Origin: Squalus acanthias | Lineage: Eukaryota | Direction of reading: 5' to 3' | Length of the DNA stretch: 64,000 nt | Assembly: GCA_030390025.1 (NCBI GenBank) | Contig: JASTWF010000033.1 | Location: 5,024,001-5,088,000 of the forward strand | Shown: positions 58,090 through 64,000 of the stretch, piece by piece | How the letters are laid out: each line of letters opens with the position of its first letter | How positions within the stretch are numbered: the first letter of the stretch is position 1 | Program-made: the position numbers and the translations under genes | Notes under the pieces: generated by a model | Told to the model about the DNA's origin: nothing | Database searches by the model: none | The model's input: the letters and a program-made list of their open reading frames with translations, nothing else

Positions 58090-61041
58090 TCATGTCCAAA
58101 TTCCTGCCCACTCCCCGTAACCCTTAATGCCCTTTACTTCTAGGAAACTGTCTATTTCTGTTTTAAATTTAATTAATGTTGTAGCTTCTACAGCTTTTTG
58201 TGGCAGCATATTCCATGGACCTACCACCCTCTGAGTGAAGTAGTTCCTCCTCACCTCAGTTTTGAAAGAGCAGCCCCTTATTCTAAGACTATGTCCCCTA
58301 GTTCTCGTCTCACCCGTCATCGGGAACATCCTCCCCGCATCCACCCGATCCAACCCCTTCACAATCTTATATGTTTCAATAAGATCGCCTCTCATTCTTC
58401 TGAACTCCAATGAGTAGAGTCCCAATCTACCCAACCTCTCCTCATATGACCACCCCCTCATCCCCGGGATTAACCGAGTGAACCTTTTTTGCACTGCCTC
58501 GAGAGCAAGGATGTCTTTCCTTAAGTAAGGACACCAAAACTGTATGCAGTATTCCAGGTGCGGTCTCACCAATACCTTGTACAACTGAAGCAATACCTCC
58601 CTATTTTTATATTCTATCCCCCTAGCAATGAAAGCCAACATTCCATTTGCCTTCTTAATCACTTGCTGCACCTGCATACTAACCTTTTGAGTTTCGTGCA
58701 CCAGGACCCCCAGATCCCTTTGCACTTCAGTACTCTCCAGTTTCTTGCCATTAAGATAATAAATTGCTCTAGGATTTTTCCTGCCAAAGTGCATCACCTC
58801 ACACTTTCCAGTGTTGTATTCCATCTGCCAAATCTCTGCCCACTTACTTAGCCTGTCTATGTCCCCTTGCAGGTTTTTTATGTCCTCCTCACTCACTACT
58901 TTCCCTCCCATCTTTGTATCATCTGCAAATTTTGATATGTTACACTTGGTCCCTTCCTCCAAATCGTTAATATAGATTGTGAAGATTTGGGGACCCAGCA
59001 CTGACCCCTGTGGAACACCACTAGTTACTGATTGCCAGTCTGAGAATGAACCATTTATCCCAACTCTTTGCTTTCTGTTAGATAGCCAATCCTCTATCCA
59101 TGCCAGAATATTACCCCCAATCCCGTGATTTTTTACCTTAAGCAATAATCTTTTGTGTGGCACCTTGTCAAATGCCTTTTGGAAGTCTAAATACACTACG
59201 TCCACTGGTTCCCCTTTATCCACTCTATATGTTACTTCCTCAAAGAACTCCAGCAAATTTGTCAAACATGACTTCCCCTTCGTAAAACCATGCTGACTTT
59301 GTCCTATTAAATTATGATTATCCAAATGTCCTGTTACTGTTTCCTTAATAATGGACTCCAAAATTTTACCTACCACAGATGTTAGGCTAACCGGTCTATA
59401 GTTACCAGCCTTCTGTCTACTGCCCTTTTTAAATAAGGGTGTTACATTAGCAGTTTTCCAGTCTGCCGGGACCTTAGCGGAATCCAGGGAGTTTTGAAAA
59501 ATTATTACCAATGCATCTACAATCCCTACCGCCACTTCCTTCAAGACTCTAGGATGTAAGCCATCAGGTCCAGGTGATTTATCCGCCTTGAGTCCCATTA
59601 TTTTACCGAGTACCACTTCCTTAGTGATTTTGATCGTGTTTAGCTCCTCTCCCCCTATAGCCCCCTGTTTGTCCAGTGTTGGGATATTCTTAGTGTCCTC
59701 TACTGTAAAGACTGATACAAAATATTCATTCAGTGTTTTTGCCATCTCCATATTTCCCACCATTAATTTCCCGGTCTCATCCTCTAAGGGACCAACATTT
59801 ACTTTAGCCACCCTTTTTCTTTTTATATAACTATAAAAACTCTTACTATCTGTTTTTATATTTTTTGCTAATTTACTTTCATAATCTATCTTCCCTTTCT
59901 TAATCAATCTTTTTGTTATTTTTTGCTGCCTTTTAAAGTTTTCCCAATCCTCTGTCCTCCCACTAGATTTCGCTACCTTATATGCCCTTGTTTTTAGTCG
60001 AATACTATCCTTAATTTCTTTACTTAGCCACGGATGACTGTCCTTTCTTTTACACCCTTTTCTTTTCAGTGGAATATATTTTTTTTGGAAGTTGTAAAAT
60101 AACTCCTTGAATGTACACCACTGATCATGTGTCGTCTTACCCTTTAATCTATTTTCCCAATCCACTCTACTCAATTCCGCTCGCATACCTTCATAGTCTC
60201 CTTTATTCAAGCTTAGCACGCTTGTTTGAGATCCAACCTTCTCACCCTCTAATTGAATATGGAATTCAAGCATGTTATGGTCACTCATTCCAAGGGGATC
60301 CTTTACTAGGACATTTTTAATTAATCCTGTCTCGTTACACAGGACCAGATCTAAGGTTGCTTGCCCCCTGGTCGGTTCAGTTACATACTGCTCAAGAAAC
60401 CCATCCCTAATACACTCAATGAACTCATCCTCAAGGCAGCCCTGCCCCATTTGATTTGTCCAATTAATATGATAGTTAAAATCCCCCATAATTATAGATG
60501 TTCCCTTATTACATGCCTCAACTATTTCCTGATTGATACTCCGTCCAATAGAGTTGCAACTGTTCGGAGGCCTATAGACTACGCCCACTAATGTTTTTTT
60601 CCCCTTATTATTCCTTATCTCCACCCAAACTGTTTCATTATCATGATTTTTTGACCCAATATCATTACTCTGTATTACAGTGATTCCTTCCTTTATTAAC
60701 ATAGCCACCCCACCTCCCCTTCCTTCCTGCCTGTCCTTCCTGATCGTTAAATAACCTGGTATGTTTAATTCCCAGGCATTGTCACCCTGCAGCCATGTTT
60801 CTGTAATGGCCACAATATCATAACCATATGTAGTTATTTGTGCCATTAACTCGTCTATTTTGTTACGAATGCTACGTGCATTCAGATAGAGAACTTTCAA
60901 ATATGCTTTGTGGCACTTAGTTCCTGCTTTTTCACTTTTTACCAGTTTACCTTTTACTCCACACACTCTGTCCCTTCCTGCCACGCTCTGATTTGTGATT
61001 CCCCTACTGCTACCTATGTCTATGACCCTCTCTGTTGTCAT
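58090..61041 (-). CDS. CR1 ORF2: APE endonuclease + reverse transcriptase, 983 aa, uninterrupted
   Basis: [54 protein letters not shown]. Confidence 0.96.
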   Translation of the reverse strand: MTTERVIDIGSSRGITNQSVAGRDRVCGVKGKLVKSEKAGTKCHKAYLKVLYLNARSIRNKIDELMAQITTYGYDIVAITETWLQGDNAWELNIPGYLTIRKDRQEGRGGGVAMLIKEGITVIQSNDIGSKNHDNETVWVEIRNNKGKKTLVGVVYRPPNSCNSIGRSINQEIVEACNKGTSIIMGDFNYHINWTNQMGQGCLEDEFIECIRDGFLEQYVTEPTRGQATLDLVLCNETGLIKNVLVKDPLGMSDHNMLEFHIQLEGEKVGSQTSVLSLNKGDYEGMRAELSRVDWENRLKGKTTHDQWCTFKELFYNFQKKYIPLKRKGCKRKDSHPWLSKEIKDSIRLKTRAYKVAKSSGRTEDWENFKRQQKITKRLIKKGKIDYESKLAKNIKTDSKSFYSYIKRKRVAKVNVGPLEDETGKLMVGNMEMAKTLNEYFVSVFTVEDTKNIPTLDKQGAIGGEELNTIKITKEVVLGKIMGLKADKSPGPDGLHPRVLKEVAVGIVDALVIIFQNSLDSAKVPADWKTANVTPLFKKGSRQKAGNYRPVSLTSVVGKILESIIKETVTGHLDNHNLIGQSQHGFTKGKSCLTNLLEFFEEVTYRVDKGEPVDVVYLDFQKAFDKVPHKRLLLKVKNHGIGGNILAWIEDWLSNRKQRVGINGSFSDWQSVTSGVPQGSVLGPQIFTIYINDLEEGTKCNISKFADDTKMGGKVVSEEDIKNLQGDIDRLSKWAEIWQMEYNTGKCEVMHFGRKNPRAIYYLNGKKLESTEVQRDLGVLVHETQKVSMQVQQVIKKANGMLAFIARGIEYKNREVLLQLYKVLVRPHLEYCIQFWCPYLRKDILALEAVQKRFTRLIPGMRGWSYEERLGRLGLYSLEFRRMRGDLIETYKIVKGLDRVDAGRMFPMTGETRTRGHSLRIRGCSFKTEVRRNYFTQRVVGPWNMLPQKAVEATTLIKFKTEIDSFLEVKGIKGYGEWAGIWT

Positions 61042-61079
61042 TTTTATTTTTTGCTCTCTTGAAACCTCCCCCCCACTAA

Positions 61080-61990
61080 TTAGTTTAAAGCCCTCTCCAC
61101 AGCCCTAGTTATTCGATTCGCCAGGACACTAGTCCCAGCACTGGCCAAGTGAAGTCCGTCCCAACGGAACAGCTCTCTCCTGCCCCAGTACTGGTGCCAG
61201 TGTCCCAAGAAGCAAAACCCATTTTTTCCACACCAGTCTTTGAGCCACGCATTCAACTCCCTGATTTTATTTACCCTAGCCAAATTTGCTCGTGGCTCAG
61301 GTAGTAATCCAGAGATTATTACCCTCGAGGTTCTGCTTTTTAATTTGGCCCCTAGCTGCTCAAACTCCCTCAGCAGAACCTCTTTCCTTGTCCTATCTAT
61401 GTCATTGGTACCAACATGGACCACGACAACTGGATCCTCCCCCTCCCACTCCAAGTTTCTCTCCAGCCCAGAGGAGATGTCCTTAACCCTGGCACCGGGC
61501 AGGCAACACAGCCTTCGGGACTCTCGCTCTTGGCTGCAAAGAACCCTATCTATCCCCCTAATGATACTATCCCCTACCACTACAACATTTCTTTTTACTC
61601 CCCCCACTTGAATGGCCCCCCTTACCACGGTGCTGTGGCCAGGTTGCTCATCCTCCCTGCAGTCCCCGCTCCTATCCACACAGGGAGTAAGAGCCTCGAA
61701 CCTGTTGGACAAGAGCAAGGGCTGCGGCTCCTCGAACACTACCTCCTGGATCCCTGTACCTGCCTCACTCGTAGTCACACCTTCCTGTCCCTGACCACGG
61801 GCTACTTCTGAATTAGTTACTCTAATTGGTGTGACTACCTCCTGAAACACGGAGTCCAGGTAACTCTCCCCCTCCCTGATGTGTCGCAGTGTTTGAAGCT
61901 CGGACTCCAGCTCATCAACACGGAGCCGGAGTTCCTCGAGCAGCCAACACTTACTGCAAATGTGTTCACCGTGAACATCAATGGTGTCCA
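61080..61990 (-). CDS. CR1 ORF1 (Cys pair/leucine zipper + SGNH esterase), N-terminus truncated
   Basis: CSKC..LRLRVDELESEL, VVGDSIIRG, HVGTND, DGLH; the first ~17 aa of the called ORF come from flanking DNA. Confidence 0.9.
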
Positions 61991-63609
61991 TTAAGAGAGC
62001 ATACGGAATGCTTGCCTTTATTAGCCGTGGTATAGAATACAAGAGCAGTGGGGTTATGCGTCAACTGTATAAAACACTAGTTAGGCCTCAGCTGGAGTAC
62101 TGCGTGCAGTTCTAGTCACCACATTACAGGAAAGATTTGATTGCACTAGAGAGGGTACAGAGCAGATTTACAAGGATGTTGCCGGGTAGAGAATCTTAGT
62201 TATGAGGAAAGACTGGATAGGCTGGCTCTGTTTTCCTTAGAACAGAGGAGGCTGAGGGGAGACCTTATTGACGTGTATAACATAATGAGGGGCCGAGATA
62301 AAGTGTATAGAAATACCTATTTCCCTTAGCGGAGGTGTCATAAACGAGGGGGCACAGATTTAAAGTAATTGTTGGAAGATTAGAGGGGGTTTGACGGGAA
62401 ATCTCATCACCCAGATGGTTGTTCAGGTGTGAGAACTCACTGCCTGAAAGGGTGGCAGAGTCAGGAACACTAACCACATTTAAAAAGTTCTTGGATGTGC
62501 ACTTGGGATTCTCTAACCTGCAGTGCTATGGACCAAGAGCTGAGATGTCGGATTAGGTTGGATAGCTCTTTGTTGGCCGGCGCGGACATGATGGGCTGAA
62601 ATGGCCTCCTTCCGTGCTGTGACGTTCTATGAGTCTATGATTCTATTTGTCTGTCGTTCTATAGTCTGAACAAGCCCCAGAAATATAGATTTCCTCTTAA
62701 AAGTTTAGTGGAGTGTTAGTAGAAACAAGAACTCTAAACTGATGTATGAAAATGTAGGAAGCTACTTTAGGAGAAACCATTATTTGTATATTGAGAAAGA
62801 CGAACAAAATACTTTGATTAAACTGATAATGTACAATTTAGAATTAGTTTAAATGTTTGAATAAGAAGATTAAAAATTGAGAGCACAGTGAAGTTTGTTT
62901 CCAGCTATTTAATTGGGAAGTACCTAAAATAATTCAACACTTTTCGTGATAAGAGCAGGGATTAATATTGTGGAGAATGTTTGAGAGAAAAAACATTGGA
63001 AGCAAAATTTGTAAATTTACATGTTTACGTCAACATATTAGTAAATCCTTCCAAGTCAGTCTGATTGTTCTCTTGTCCAGGCAGAATGATGAATATTTAT
63101 TTGTGTTAAATCATAGCTTTTCCTGCTGTTTGTTTTTAATCAGTGTGTTTTTCTGCACTTGTGAATAAGTGCTGCATTTCTGACATGTTACATGGGGGGT
63201 GTGTGCTGTTTCAACAAGACCACATTTATTAATGGAAGTGATTGATGTTGGAAATACGTTCAATTTGTTCAATTATTTTCAATACTGTGAACTAAAGAAC
63301 TACAACACTTTATATTTGTTGGTTGTCTTGTTGCATTGTGATTAATATTCTAATGACATAGCTGGACGTAAAGCACGTCAGCGCCATAGGAAAAGCCGCT
63401 GCTCCTGCTGCTTGTGCAGCCATTTCTATAGTGACATGAGGGATGGGCTAATACGTTGAAAACCTTAAAATTAATACAAATTGCACGAATAGATCTGCCT
63501 CATTCAGATCACCTTGGGCTTTTGGATTGTTTGTCGATGTGTAACTGAGTGACGTTTCTGAATGTTAATTCATTATTCTGCAGTTCTTATTTATCCCAGT
63601 AATTTCTGA

Positions 63610-63950
63610 CAAGGATGTATTTAAATAGAGTTTGTACATGACCAACTAAAAGCTTTTAATTAATTCTACCATAAACAAACTTGCAGAATGGGCTGCAAAT
63701 GACAACTTAATTTCAATATGGGTTAGTGTGAGGTGATGCATTTTGGTGGCAAGAATAAGGACTCCAGCTACTCCTTGGAAAATAAGTGTCTAAATGGGGC
63801 AGAGGTGCAAGGGATCTAGGGGTATAGATTCACAAATCATCAGAAGTAGCAACTAAGGTTAAAAAGCCATAAAAGTGCAAATAAAGCACGGGGTAATTTA
63901 TAGAGGAACGTATTTCAAAAGCAGGGAAGTAATGTTAAACATGCAGAACC
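63610..63950 (+). mobile_element. Decayed CR1 fragment
   Basis: GAATGGGC..TGTGAGGTGATGCATTTTGG..GATCTAGGGGTA; similar to 9820-10080. Confidence 0.7.
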
Positions 63951-64000
63951 TTGTATGATTGTCTCATGATTTGAGACGGTGGGGTGACAATATCTTATTA

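Larger units (their letters stand above)
57858..61990 (-). mobile_element. Near-full-length young CR1 with TSD TTAAGA
   Basis: Open ORF1 (5'-truncated) and open ORF2; (TTCTTATG)n tail; TTAAGA at 57852-57857 and 61991-61996. Confidence 0.97.
57630..62645 (+). mobile_element. Older CR1 3' fragment split by the young CR1 (57630-57857 and 61991-62645)
   Basis: GATAAGGTGGTTAAGA continues as TTAAGAGAGCATACGGAATGCTTGCC; tail near 62625-62645. Confidence 0.85.

Overview
Repeat-dominated vertebrate genomic DNA, most likely from a cartilaginous fish. That assignment is inferred from the CR1 LINE subfamilies with SGNH-esterase ORF1 and octamer tails, HE1/V-SINE- and DeuSINE-like SINEs, Penelope termini, and a shark-type GPR139-like first exon. 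Positions 1-23 kb hold nested CR1, Penelope and other LINEs, two 18-bp satellites and an 84-bp minisatellite. These surround one short host exon on the minus strand (TATA box, MHQS...IAVIGVP, GTAAGT donor). Positions 24-48 kb are a segmentally duplicated cluster of decayed Pol III genes: at least 14 tRNA pseudogenes, including a tRNA-Pro(CGG) with a 16-nt insert at the canonical intron position, and three 5S rRNA pseudogenes. Positions 48.3-55.9 kb are a defective LTR provirus with a tRNA-Ser PBS, gag, RNase H-integrase and an env of fusion-protein-like (lokiretrovirus-like) architecture; its flanks do not match. The window also has a near-full-length CR1 with intact ORF2 (57.9-62.0 kb), two copies of a ~760-bp MITE that used the same target context, and Penelope ends carrying minimal hammerhead ribozyme motifs. 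All calls are by eye. Boundaries of decayed elements are approximate and family names need database confirmation.
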